Assembly: GCA_026770705.1 (NCBI GenBank)
Contig: JANJGN010000323.1
Span: 62,001-126,000 of the forward strand
Source: Isurus oxyrinchus
Lineage: Eukaryota
Direction: 5' to 3'
Length of the DNA: 64,000 nucleotides
Below, in pieces: positions 1 through 13,600 of this stretch; the stretch's first letter is position 1, and every line of letters begins with the position of its first letter. The notes beneath the pieces are model-generated. The model saw only the letters and a program-made list of their open reading frames with translations. It had not been told where the DNA came from and ran no database searches. The position numbers and the translations under genes are program-made.

Positions 1-35
1 TCCCAGATATTTCCTCAGCTTCTAACTCTGAAGTT
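1..35 (-). other. 5'UTR part of the signal-peptide exon of a fourth Siglec gene (D) that continues off the left edge; mirror of gene C
   Basis: Positions 1-35 are the reverse complement of 41971-42005, including the acceptor (CT at 36-37). The ATG would lie just outside the window. Confidence 0.75.
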
Positions 36-443
36 CTGAAAGAGAAAGGAGTTAATGAGACCTCACCTCTTGTCCGAATGCTCTTGAGAGATCAGAACTG
101 CTTTTAGACAATATCTTCACAGACAAATTTGATTCTCTGTGGGATGATAGGTGCTCTGCAGAGAGTTACAAGGCTTTAAGAAAGAAAAACACTGAAGGAC
201 TTGCATTTCTATAGCACCTTTCACCACCTCAGGACACCCCAAAGCTCATGTCCCTGCTCTTCTCTCATCCCTTGAGCTAGAAAGATGTTCTGTACAACAG
301 ACTTGAGCCTCACACCCAGATCTCAATAATCAGTAGAAATCTTTCAAAGGCATCAATCATTGGAATCTGTCTTTATAAAGTCACAACATCAACAAAGGAG
401 GGTGTTGGTGGTGGAAGTGAATTCCAATCATTCCGTTACTTAC

Positions 444-585
444 CCAGGACCTGTCCGACTGCTCGCCTGGGGATGAACTGCCCACACGCTCTGCTTGGGC
501 TGAATGACCTCTTCCTGTGCTGATCCATCTGTGTATTTAATTAGAAAGGATTGATGTGTCTCTGTGAGACAAAATGAGGAAGTTG
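444..585 (-). promoter_or_regulatory. Putative promoter and non-coding exon 1 of gene D
   Basis: Conserved block with a PU.1/ETS-like AAAATGAGGAAGT (571-583), ending in the donor CCTGG|GTAAGT. Confidence 0.55.
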
Positions 586-689
586 GAACAAAGTGAGTGA
601 ACAGCACTTTGCTGTGCACTGTCAGTAAACCCTGTGTCTGTATAAGAATATAAGAACAGAACAAGTAGGATCAGCTGGACACCCTGACA

Positions 690-2640
690 TTTTCACTCCT
701 TATATTCCATCCACTCATTTTTTTATCCACTCACTGAAACTATTTATCTCCCTCTGCAGCCTCTTTGTGTCCTCCTCACAACTTGCTTTCCTGCCCAGCT
801 TATATATTTCCTACCTATCTTCACCATATAGTCAGAAAATCTGCCGACAGTACAGTCAGTCCCTTCATCCAAGTCACTAATGTAGATTGTGAATAGTTGA
901 GGCCTCAGCACTGATCCCTGTGGCTCTCCACTAGTTACAGTTTACCAAGCTGAAAATCACCCATTTATCCTGGCTCTCTGTTTCCTGTCAGTTAGCCAGT
1001 CCTCTATCCATATTAATATATCCCCCCCAACACCATCCAATTTCACCCTGTGCAGTATCCTTTGATGTGGCTCCTTATCGAATGCCTTTTGGAAATCCAA
1101 TGTCACGAAGAGATATTTGTGTGTAAAATGTGCTTGGAAATTATTAATAAAATAGAATTCTAGTGGTGGTCCATGTATAGGTGTGTGTCTGGGTGTGTCT
1201 TAATTGGATTAAAGCCAACTGGTCTGTGTGTTTTGATGTTTAATAGTTTTGAGATGTTAATTGGGTGAATTGTGAGGAGAACAGTAAATTGTTCATTTGC
1301 AATTGTTGAATAAACCATTCCAGACTGGGGGTAAAATCTTGCACCTAGTTAGAAGGAGCCAAAAGATGTGTTTTTTCTTGAACTTACTAATGAAATTGGT
1401 GCTATGAAAGGGGGTTTTATTGTTCGAAGAGGTGGAGTTCAGAAGACCGAGTGATACAATGGAAAATTTACATTCAAAGGGAAAGCTAGCTATATAAAGG
1501 AAGGAGTTTGTGTGTGTGAGGCAGGAGCATTTCAGACCTAACCAGCCTGTAGCCTCCAACCAACTTGCAAAGGAACCTCATTCGGAATTCGTAATGTCAA
1601 ATGTGCTTTGCCTGGTGTTTATATTATGTGAATGGTTCATTGTTGCCTTAGTAGAGATTTACGTGGGGGTGATTAATTGGGGGATTTGTTAAAAAGTTAT
1701 TATAGTAGTTATTTGTAGCCAATGTGTATGTGTTAAATTAATAAATGGTTTATTTAATTTTATATAAAAAACCCTCAATCCTCGGTCGTCTTATTCCTAC
1801 TGAATTCAAAGTCTTCATCTCGAAATTACAAACAGCAAAATTGCGTTACGACAGTTGTTTCAATTTTCCCTCTGGGATTTGAACAACTCAGCCTTTACCC
1901 TTGGCTGTGTCATAGTCCCTAATACACCACATCTACAGGTTCCCCTTTATCCAATCCACTTGTTACATCCTCGAGGAAATCTAATTATTTTTTCAAACAT
2001 GATATCCCTTTCACAAACCCATGTTGACTCTGTCTGATTGAATTATGGTTTTCTAAATGTCCTGCTGCTCCCTCCTTCATAATGAATTCTGGTATTTTCC
2101 CAATGACAGATATTAGACTAACTGACCTGTAGATTCTTGCTTTCTACCTCCCCCCTTTATTGAACAGAAGTGTTTCATTTATGTTTTTCCAATCCGCTGG
2201 GACCTTCCCATAACCTAAGGAATTCTGGAAGATTACAACCAATGCATCCACCGTCTCTGCAGCCATTTCCTTTCAGACCCTCACATTCAGGCCGTCTGCT
2301 CCATGGGACTTGTCAGCATTTGTCTCATTAGTTTTCTTAATACTTTTTCTCTGGTGATAGTGATTGTTTTATGTTCCTCCCTCCTTGTTGCACCGTGACT
2401 TTCTCCTGCTATTGGGATGGTTTTAGAGATTTTTACTGTGAAGACAGACCCAAAATTCTTGTTGAAAGTCTCTGTCATTTCCTTGTTTCCCATTATTAAT
2501 TCCCCAGTCTGATTTTCTTTGTGTCCCATTATTACTGTAGCTTCTCTCTTATTTTAATGTACAACATCTCACTGTCATTGTTTATGGTTCTTGCTAGTTT
2601 ACTCTCATATCATCATTTCTGCCTCTTTATTATTCTGCTG
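690..2640 (-). mobile_element. Degenerate CR1-type LINE fragment interrupted by an LTR-like insertion
   Basis: The mirror copy at 39749-40030 encodes IFQNSLDYGKVPADWK...NYRSVSL...SQHGFVKG (CR1 ORF2). Confidence 0.75.
1101..1915 (+). mobile_element. Solo LTR-like element inserted in the CR1
   Basis: Starts TGT, contains TATA and AATAAA, ends GCTGTGTCATA like the related elements at 5011-5748, 15481-16253, 58770-59660 and 63520-63818. Confidence 0.5.
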
Positions 2641-4069
2641 GGATCCTTCAGGTCAGATTTTTGACCTCGGCAGGGGTGCACAGGGCTGGGGGCGGTGAGG
2701 AATCCGACTATCGCCCGCGATCAGCTCCGCACTGCGATTTTACGCGGCCGGGCTAATTAAGGCCTGCCAGCATAAGATGTGGCTGCAGAATGAGTGCAAA
2801 GGGGCGGGCAGAGGTGGGTGCTTAGTGACTGCTTGGACCAATGGTGACCCAGCGGCCGATTCAAATCTGGCCACGGCAACCTTCAAAAGGCTTCCGGTGA
2901 AGGACGTTGAAATCATGGTGGACAGCGTTCCGGGTGGAGGGGCATTCGGCCCTGCGTTTCCCTGATGAGTGATGCTGCCCTCCTGGAGGGTGTGGATATT
3001 GACCCCACTGATCCCCCTCCCCCACTCCGCCATTCTATCCTGGGAGACCTGCCAGGTTCCTTTTTCCAGCTGCGATGGGCAGTCCTTCCACACTTTCCTG
3101 TGGGCCCCGCCCTTCATGTCCAAAAGCGCTAAGTTAGAGCAGGGATGGAGAAATGAACAAGGGGTGTGGGATAAGTGTGGGGGTCTCACAGCCAGAACAG
3201 ATGCTGCCTCGGGAGGGGGGGGGAGGTTTCACCAGCTCTCTGTCTTAACAACATCGTAACCACAGTGTGAAGATTGTCCCCATTCCCTGTATCTTAATAA
3301 TATTGTAAAGACAACTGGGAGATGTGCTGCAATCGCTGAGAAAGTATTTGGTGTGCTTACAGCACCACCACTGGCAAGAGAGTGTAAGTACAGTGTGACA
3401 TGTTTACATGGGAAATTTTCATGATAAATGCGGACACAGGAATTTACATAATTTGGTGGGGAAATGCAATGACATGAATTAACAGATTGGAGCAGGAAGG
3501 TTGTCCCAGAGTAAGATGTTTAATAAAAATATATCTGTACAGAGTTGTCTGGGCATTTCAATCCCTTGTGACAATAAATGTAATATTATAGAAAATGCAA
3601 AAGCTTCTTGTAATCTATCACAGAATAAACAAGTTGCAGAATTCAGAAAGCACATTCTGAAATGTTAACAAAGTTCAGTGATGTCACATTTCTGCTAATT
3701 ACTATTTGGCCATGTTGGCTGCACGCAGTCAGACAGTCCCTCGGTTGTGATGTGTCCACACAGCAGGACTGGGATGCATCAGCATCAAAGGACATGCTTA
3801 GTTGTTGCTGTGCAATGCATTTATTGCGAGCCTGTTGCACACATGCCCTGTCGAAGGTTTCTAGGTGTTTCCATTCTGAATCGAGGCAGATCAACGTTAC
3901 TACAACAACTTGCATTTATATAGCAACTTAATGTAGCAAACTGTCCCAAAGCTCTTCAGGGGATTGTTAACCACATATAAATCCATCTCTGAGACAAATA
4001 ATGAGATATAAGGGACAGGTGACAAAAAGCTGAGTTAACAAAGCCAGTTAATAAGGACCATGTTAAAGG

Positions 4070-4205
4070 AGGAGAGCGATAGACAGAGATGCAGAGGGAG
4101 AGAGACAGAGAGAGAGAGACAAAGAAGGAGAGAGAGACGGAGAGAGAGAGAGAGACAGACAGAGAATGAGAGAGAGATAGAGAGACAGACTGGGAGAGAG
4201 AGAGA
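4070..4205. repeat. (GA)n-rich microsatellite in the 3' region of A; mirror at 37855-37950
   Basis: Visible directly. Confidence 0.85.
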
Positions 4206-4405
4206 CACTGAATCTCTGTCCCCAATGACTCAGCATAAAGTCGTCTCTGGGGAAACATTTCATTCCAAACCACACCAACCACAGACCCATTCAGTCCCTT
4301 CCTCCCTCTCTCCCCCTCTCCCCCAGTGGGTTGTCTCATGTTCCAAGGAATCACAATCCCTGCCCCCATCCACAAACCTCCTCACCCCCTCTCCCCGTTT
4401 CACAC

Positions 4406-4654
4406 TCAGTTTTGCTTGAATCTGATCTGTGCGTATTCTGTCTCCTCTTCCCTGTGGACAGACCCATCACCACTGGGCACCCTGAAGACTTGGGGATTGG
4501 CGTAGAGAAGGTCGCCGGGTTTGTTGTGATTCCAATGTCCAGCATCGCCTCCCACTGGACCTTCAGAGAGATCCCGGGGAGCTGGGGTCTCCCCCTCACT
4601 AGTTGTGTCTCTGGTTGTGTTCCGGGCCTCAGTAATCAGCACGTTCTGTTTACC
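4406..4654 (-). CDS. Gene A terminal cytoplasmic exon (LLYANP; TEYAQI)
   Basis: 249 nt to the TGA; two Tyr motifs placed as in CD33-related Siglec tails. Confidence 0.85.
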   Translation of the reverse strand, partial: GKQNVLITEARNTTRDTTSEGETPAPRDLSEGPVGGDAGHWNHNKPGDLLYANPQVFRVPSGDGSVHREEETEYAQIRFKQN

Positions 4655-7600
4655 CTACAGGGAAATGGAAACAGAAGACATCCTCACATCATTTACTGGC
4701 ACTGATAGGGTTAAATTATTGTGCAGCCGCGTTAGGGTCAGTCGTGTCTCAGTTGGTTTAACTCTGTCTCTCATATCATATAAAAGAAACCACCTATGAC
4801 AGGGCAGCACTCCCTCAGTACTGACCCTCCAACAGTGCAGCACTCCCTCAGGACTGACCCTCTGTCAGTCTCGCACTCCCTCGGTAATGTCTCTGGCGAG
4901 TGCCGGCTTGGATTCTGCACTCAGGTGCCTGACGTGAGGCTCATTAACATGAACCTTGTAATCAGAGAGAGGATGAGAGGGAAGAGAAAGAGAGAAAGAG
5001 AGAGATAGGGTGTTATTAATCTATTAATGTATGTAATGTAAGTGGAAATTGTCATTTTAAACAGGGGTTTAGTCTGTGGGTGTGTCTGTGAGAGTTTTAA
5101 TTGGATTAAAGCCAGCCAGTCTGGGTACTTTGATGTCAAGTAGTTTTGAGATGTAAACAAAGAGGTAAAGGGGTAATTTGCATTTTTAAACAGAGCACTC
5201 AATGTCTGAAAGTGAAACCTTAAACGAATCAATGTTTATATTACTAATAATATTGATACGATGAAGGGTGGAGTTCAAAGGTCCTGATGATTCAATGAGA
5301 ATTTACATTCAAAGAGAAGAGCTGGGTATAACTTGAGCAGTTTTGTGTGTGCAGAGCAGAGGCTTGTAACATCAAAGCAGCTGTAAGCCTTCACCTGTCT
5401 GCAAAGGAACCAAAGTGAAAGGAACCTCATTTGGAATTTGTGAGGTGAAAATGCTTTGCTTGGAATCTGCTTAAAGTCTATGGGTTGTCTTAGAGGAGAT
5501 TAGTTTGGGAATTTGTTAAAAAGTTATGATAATACTAGTGTTTAGCCATGTGCATATGTTTAACTTGTGTAAATTAATAAATGTCTCATGTAGATTGATA
5601 TAAAACCATCTCGAGAACTGGTGGTCTTATTCCTGAATTTAGAGCTGCATCTCAAACATTCCACTGGGAAATATAGGTTATGACAGTTGTTTAAAGTTTC
5701 CCTCTGGGATTTTAAACAACAGCCTTTACCAGTTGCTGTGTCATAACAGAGAGACAGCATGATACTGAACCATTGCTGACTCCACAGGTACAAATCAGTG
5801 GGTCACTGGGCTGGGAATCTGGGACATGTGTTGTCTACACACTGAGATTGAAGCTTTGGAGTGAGTGTAAACAGCTCCTGTACCTGGTGCTTCACAGAGA
5901 GTGGACTGGGGGTCAATGCAATGTCACTGGTCCCTGAAACTCTCTCCTCCATCGCTGTCTTTCTCCTGCAATAACACAATATCACACTGTGGTTATCATA
6001 TAGCAGAGAGTCAGTGCAGCACAGACACAGAGCCCACTGTAACCTTCCACCAACAACTGGACTGTCTGTTTAAATCACTTCTGCACAAATCACAGAATCA
6101 AGAAGCTTGACACCATCCACAACAAAGCAGCCCGATTGATCAACACCCCATCCACCACATTAAACATTCACTCCCTCCACCACGAACACACAGTGGCAGC
6201 AGTGTGTGTACCATCTACAAGATGCACTGCAGCAACTCAGCAAGGCTCCTTCAACAGCACCTTCCAAACCCACGACCTCTACCATCTAGAAGGACAAGGG
6301 CAGCAGACACATGGGAACACCACCACCTGGAAGTTCCCCTCCAAGTCACTCACCATCCTGACTTGGAAATATATCACCGTTCCTTCACTGTCGCTGGGTC
6401 AAACTCCTGGAACTCCCTCTCTAACAGCACTGTGGGTGTACCTACACCACATGGACTGCAGCGGGTCAAGAAGGCAGCTCACCCCCACCTTCTCAAGGGG
6501 CAATTAGAGATGGGCAATTTAATAACGGCCTCACCAGTGACAGTCACATTCGATGAAAGAATTTAAAATCTCACAGCTCAGGAGGAAGCCACTCAGCCCA
6601 TCGTGCATGTGCTGGCCCTTTGTAAAAACTGTCCAATTAGTCCTAAGCAAATGTTTATATTAAAATCAAGTTAAATCTTCAGACTTACTTTCTCACACAG
6701 ATGAAGATGAAGATTCCAGCCAGGAAAACACTCAACATGATCCCAGCCGTGAACAATCCTACTGTCCATTTACTGGAGTCTCTACCTGTAAAAACAGCCA
6801 TTAGTTACTGCACTACAGGTTTACAATGATGCTCCGATGTATCTCGAGAAGCGATACACTCACTCAGTGTTTAAATACTCATTCTCGGGCAATGCTGACA
6901 TTTATTGTCCATCCCTAGTTTCCCCTTGAGAAGATGGTGGGGGGTCTTCCTCCTGAACCACTGGTTTGTCCCAAACTGGGAGACCAGTTCAGAGGGCAGG
7001 TCAGAGTTAACCATGTTGGTGTTTGAGACTGGAGTCACATATACACCCAGACCTGTTAAAATGGACAGGTTTCCCTCCCTTAAGATCATTAGTGACCCAT
7101 ATTATATATGTAATTTCTATATATATGTATCAAATAACCTCAGTAAAATAATAAATTATCACCTCAATTTCACGCTGTTGTTTGTGGGATCTTGCTGTGT
7201 ACAAATCAACTGTTGCGTTTCCTACATGACAACAGTGAGCTCACTTCGAAACTGCTTCATTGGTTATCGAGCGTTTTGGGAATTTCTAAGCATTTTATCA
7301 ACACAAGTCTTGCATTTCGATGTAATCAATCTAACATTTATATATAATATTTATCAATGTGATCCCTATAACATTAATGTATAATATTTAGCAATGTAAT
7401 CTATGTAACATTTATATATAATGTTTCTCGATGTAATCTATGTAATGTTTATATATAATATTTAGTCGTTTGGGAGGAGACCCTGAGTATTGCTGAGAAA
7501 GGACATTTTGTCAAAGCTTTCTGTCTTGCACCCAATCAAGCAGCTTATCTGGGGGAGAGGGTTCCAGATTTCCACTCCCCTTTGTGTGAAGAAGTGCTTC

Positions 7601-10600
7601 CTGACATCACCCCCTGAATGGCCTGGCTCCAATTTGACCAAGTGTTGCCATTGTCACATGAGGTCAGGTGATTCAAAGCTTGGTCAAAGGGGTAAGTTGT
7701 ACACAGCATCTTAGAGGAGGTAGAGAGAGAGGTGGAGAGGTTGAGGGAGGGAATTCTCGAGTTTAGGGATCAATCCAGCTGAGTGGAGATCGATCCTGAG
7801 CGATTCTGTCACCTTTGACCCACAGATACACTTTGAACATGGCTTCCCCATGTGGGTTTTGAACTGAGCAGGATGCCATCACTCCCCCCTCATCCTGGGG
7901 TCTCATCAGGGCGAGGGAACCAGTCACCAGATGCCCATCTCTGACCTGCCACGACACAAAACCTCCGTGTGTTTGGTTACCACTGATGTTTGCACTGGGC
8001 AGGTGCCAGGTGAGGTCTCCCGGTGGGTTGGATTCGGCCACACAGACACAGGTGACCCCCTCTGACCTCTGAGTGCACTCCGATTGCTGGGAAATCTCCG
8101 GCTTATCTGAGGAGGGAAGGACAACAATGAGACAACGTCTTGGCAAAGTTAGAGCGTAAGATAGAATCTTCACACTGAAACATTCATTCCTGCCTTTGTT
8201 ACCTCCGCACTCGACTATCCCAACACTCTCCTGCCCGACCTCCCATCTTCCACTCTCCATAAACATCAGCTCATCCCAAACTCTGCTGTCCCCATGTCCT
8301 AACTCACACCGAGTCCCGTTCACACATCACTCCCTGTTGGTCACTGAGCTACACTGGCTCCCGGTCCGACAATGACACAATTTTAAAATTAACATCGTTT
8401 CAAATCCCTCATTACCCCCTCCCTATCTCTGTAACCTCCTCCAGCCCCTATAACCCTCCCTATCTCTGTAACCTCCTCCAGCATCTACATCCCTCCGAGG
8501 TCTCTGCGCTCCTCCAATTCCGGCCTCTTGACCATCCCCCGATTCCTATCGCTCCACCATTAGCGGCCGTGCCTTCAGCTGCCTGGGCCCCGAGCTCTGG
8601 AATTCCCTCCGTAAACCTCTCCATTTCTATCTCTCTCCTCATTTCAGACACTCCTTAAAATCCGGCCTCTTTCTCTGAGCTTTCAGTCCCTGTTCTAATA
8701 TCTCCTGATGTATCTCGGAGAGGCGCAGGGTGAAAAAAGCAGGGAGGTGATGCTAGTTATGCTAAACCACAGCAAGGAAGCTGCCCTCAGACAGAAAGTG
8801 TTTGAGTTTTAAGCAGAGACAGGGGGAGTAAAATGCTTACATTGTACGTTCAGGTGGGTGATGTTGGAGGTGCTGTTACCCACCGGGTTCCTCGCTGTGC
8901 AGTAGAAACCTGCATCATTCTCCCGTGTTACAGGAGTGAAGGAGAGAGTGCGGCTACTTGTGTTTAACTGGGTGCTGGTGTTCCCCTCGATCCTGAACCA
9001 GGTGTAATGAGATATCGGTGGGACACTTTCACTGGAGCAGGTTAATGTGATATTGCTTCCCTCTCTTATCCCACCTGAGGAACTGCTGATGGACACCATC
9101 GTCTCCTGTGGGGGATCTGGAACAAAGACAGAGAACAATCAGCAGATAATCCCCACACCCCACAGCTCTCCGAAATCTCTGCGCTCCTCCAATTCTGACC
9201 TCTTGGACATTCTCCCATTCCCATCTCTCCACCATTGGCGGCCGTGGCTTCAGCTGAGAAACCCTCCAGTCCAGTCACTAGTGCGGAGTTCAGATCCCCT
9301 CCCACATTCTTTCTCTGGGACATCGATGACTGTTTCGATGCTGCTTCATGCTCAGTCTGGACCTGGGAAGATTTATCTATTTTGCTTCCAATTTTCCCCC
9401 TCCATCATTCTCACAGGGTCCATCTCTGACACTTCCCTTCCCTTCCTTGATCTCCCTGTCTCAACTTCTGGTGATAGACTGTCCACCAATATCCATTACA
9501 AACCCACTGACCCCCACACAGACCTCGAATTCAGCTCCTCACACCCCGCTTCCTGTAAGGACTCCATCCCATTCTCTCAGTTCCCTCGCCTCTGTCGTAT
9601 CAGATCTGATGATGCCACTTTCCAAAACAGCCCTTCTGACATGTCCTGCGTCTTCATTAACCAAGGTTTCACACCCATGGTGGGTGACGGGGCCCTGAAC
9701 CATGTCTGGCCTATCTCCCATGCATCCGCCCTCACACCTTCCTCTCCCTCCCTGAACCATGATGAGGTCCCCCTTGTCCTCACTTATCACCCCACCAGCC
9801 TCCGCATTCAAAGGATCATCCTCCGCCATTTCCATCAACTCCAGCATGATGCCACCACCAAACACATCTTCCCTTCACCGCCCACTGTTGGCAATCCATA
9901 GGGATCGTTCTCTCCAGGACACCATGGTCCATTCCTCCATCACCCTCAACACCTCAACCTCCACCCATGGCATCTTCCCATGCAATTACAGAAGGTGCAA
10001 CACCTGCCCCTTTACTTCCCCCCTTCTCACCGTCCAAGGGCCCAAACACTCCTTCCAGGTGAAACAGCATTTCACTTGCGCTTCCCTCAATTTGTTCTAC
10101 TGCATTCGCTGCTCCCAATGCGGTTTCCTCTACATTGGAGACACCAAACGGAGATTGGGTGACAGCTTTGCAGAAGACCTTTGGTCTGTCCACAAGCATG
10201 ACCCAGACCTCCCTGTCACTTGCCATTTTAACCCTCCACCCTGCTCCCATGCCCACATGTCTGTCCTTGGCCTGCTGCATTGTTCCAGTGAAGCCCAACG
10301 CAAACTGGAGGAACAGCACCTCATCTTCCAACCTGGCACTTTACAGCCTTCCGGACTGAATATTGAGTTCAACAATTTCTGGTCATGAACTCTGTCCTCG
10401 ATCTTCACTGCTTTTTGAACCCTTTTTTATGTATTCGTTTTAATTGTTTTATTTGTTAACTGTTTTCCACTTATTTTTATTATTATTATTTGAAATTCAT
10501 TTCCATTTTTATTGATTGTTTTATCCGCAGATTTTAGTCTATTTTCGATGTTTATTCCCTCCACTGTCCCCTCCCCCTGCCACACCCCCACGAGGGCCAT

Positions 10601-13600
10601 CTGTCTCTTTCCAGAGTGCTTACCCTGGTCCGCCCATTATCACACTCTGCTTAATGTCACCATTAGCACCTCCTTTATCCAATACCACCACTGTTAACAA
10701 CCCATTGACCTTTTGTTTATGACATCTTCCACAATCTCTCCATTGCCTCCACCTATCGCTGGTTTTCTATCCAGCTCCACCTGTCCCATCGCCCCCCCTT
10801 AGACAGGATATATTTCACCACATGTATACTTCCCTTTAGCTCTGAAGAGGAGTCTTACGGACTCCAAACGCTAACCCTGTCTTTCTCTCCACAGATGCTG
10901 CCAGATGCTCAGAATCAGCTGGATGGACAGAAAGACCAATGAGTGGCTTAGATCAAGAGGAGATGTTCAGCAATTAAAAGGGTTGTTCAGGACAGTTAGA
11001 GAGAGAAAGGTCGTCAAGTACGGAGATTGGAAACGAAGACCTGACAGCCTTGTCCTGACAACCATTGAAGGAGAAACTGAGAGCAAAAACAGAAAGGGAG
11101 AGGAAAAATTGGATGTGTGGATAACGTGGACTGAGCGAGGATTGAAGAAAACTGGATTAAAAACAACACGATCCCAATGGCTCCACGGAGACCACGGAGA
11201 CAACAAACAAACAAATGTATCTCCACACTCACATTCCACAGTGATGGTTATGAACCCCTCCACTGCTCCATGTTCATTCTCTGCCACACACTGATAGTCA
11301 CAACCTGGGCCCCCTCTGACCTATCAGGTTGGGATAAACAATCCCAAGGGTCAATACAAGGAAGAGCTCTCCCTGGTCAATATCACTCATTAGAAAAGGA
11401 CCAGTTTTGTCTTCAAGTGATGTTTGTGGGATCTTGCTCTGCACATTATATCCTAATACCGCTAATATAGAATAAAGGATGTCCATACTTACATTGTACA
11501 GTCAGTACGAGGGTCCGCTCCGATGAAACAGATGGATATCTCACTATGCAGCTGAGAGTGTGTCCGTGGTGTTTGAGTGATGGGATCAGGGTCAGAACAG
11601 AAGTATAGGTCAGAGTGACACCATGCTGAGTTACAGTGTTTGACACTGATCCAGGTACGTCAGTGGGAGTGTCCCAGGTTAAGACAGGTGCTGCTGTTCC
11701 ATTGCACGTTGTGTTGAAGGTGCAGCTTACATCCACACGCTTTCCTGCAATAATTTCAGCAGGGAATATCGTGGGTTTATCTGTGAAATCTAACAGACAG
11801 AGAATGGATCCTTTTAGAGAAATATAACATGAAGCGTCAGCTCAAATAGAAACCACAGACCCACAAGAGAAAGCACTTTTACAAGGATGATATCAGAACT
11901 GAGATGTTTCAACGATACTGATAGACTGTTAGACACAATTAGAGTGATCAATGGGAGTGGAATACATTTAATCATTGATATTAAAGTGAGTATTAGAGTT
12001 TGCTTTAGGACTGAACTGGAAGTAATCACGAGGTTATTGAGAATTAGACAGTGTGTTATAATAAGCTGTGTTTTGTGTTAATGTGTAAATGTCACAGTTT
12101 GTGTTATTTCCCATTGAGTGCTGAATGTGAATTGTTGAGTAATTATAACACAGCACTTACCAGAAACGTGAAGCTGGGTTACAGGGTAATAGTTATGGCT
12201 CGGACCATTGTCAAATTCTATTCTGAAAAAATAAGGTCCTTCATCTTCCCGTCTGATGTTGTTTATAATCAGGGAACAGTCACCATCTTTCAAGTCTCCA
12301 GACAGCCGGGTCCGATGGTGGTACCGTGGTAACTCGTGACTGTGATCCTTGGAGTGAAAGGCAATGGGAGCCCAGGGAATCTGATTCTCATTATTAAACC
12401 AGACTCCACCTCGCGGTTGGTTTTCCAGACACGATGGATAACTGTAATGACATGGAATCTGTACACACGAACCTTCCTGTGCTGTCACCTCTCGTGGAGT
12501 GTCACCTTTCCACTCTTGTGAGGGTTCAGCTGGGGAGAGAAATCTCAATATTTAACTCTGGATGGTTTGTGGATCCACTGAACCCGATATTTACAGATGA
12601 GGCTGAATTGGGGGGATGGTCAATACTGAGGAGGACTGCAACAAATTACAGGAAGATATACATTCTGATGAAGAATCATACGGACTTGAAACGTTAACTC
12701 TGTCTTCCTCTCCACAGATACTGTCAGACCTGCTGAGATTTTCCAGCAATTTTTGTTTTTGTTACAGATTTCCAGCATCTGGAGAATTTTGCCTTTATAT
12801 TACAGGAAGATATTAATTAACTTGCAGAATGGGCAGGTCATTGACAAATGAATTTCTACGTTAATAAATGTGAGGCATTACATTTTGTTCAGGAGAATGA
12901 GGAGCTTGTATCTTACCTCGAAAATAAGAATCTAATTGGGAAAGAGGAACAACGTGATCTGGGGCAGAAATACAGGAATCAGTAAACGTGGGGACACAGG
13001 TTAACAAGGGGATTAAACATACATACTAAAGACTCGAGATTATTTCTCCAGGGATTGAATTGAAAAGTAGAGAAGAGATGTGAAACTTGTCCTGAACCTT
13101 GGTCTGACTGCACCTGGAGTCACGTGTGCAGTTCTGGTCCCCATATTGTAAAAAGGATGTGGAGACACTGGAGAGGGTGGTAAAAAGCTTCACAAGGATG
13201 ATCTCAGCAATGTGAGGCTTTACCTATCAGGAGAGGCTGAACAGGCTGGGACTCTGTTCTCTTGAACAGAGAAGGTTGAGGGGTGGCCTCATTTGACCTT
13301 TGAAGTAATGAAAGGTTTTGATCGAGTAGACATGGAGAGAGTGTTTCCACTCCTCACAATGAAGAAAACCAGAGGCTGACAATATAACATCCTCACTAAT
13401 AAATCCAATGGGGAATTCAGGAGAAACTTCTTTACCCAGAGAGTGGGGAGAATGTGTGGTTCAAGAATCACTTCATTGGCTGTGAAATTGATTTAGGATT
13501 GTCCTGAAGTGGTGAAAGGCGCTATGGAAATGTGAGACTTGCTTTTGTATTTTGAAAGCAGGTTTCCAAGGATGAGATGGGAACTGAGAGGTAACAACAA

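Larger units (their letters stand above)
1..12531. repeat. Left arm of a large inverted segmental duplication (mirror of about 29770-42005)
   Basis: Exons, introns and TE insertions match in reverse complement, with some internal indels; for example 1-10 mirrors 41996-42005 and the paired ORFs in the track are nearly identical. Confidence 0.9.

Noticed and set aside
2650-3240. GC-rich ORFs of 149-161 aa (also 38791-39276 and 16155-17146)
   Set aside because: No recognisable domain, and indels and stops differ between the mirror copies; probably non-autonomous interspersed repeats.
9047-10388. Intact Penelope ORF or domesticated endonuclease
   Set aside because: 5'-truncated, split across frames and with degenerate catalytic residues.
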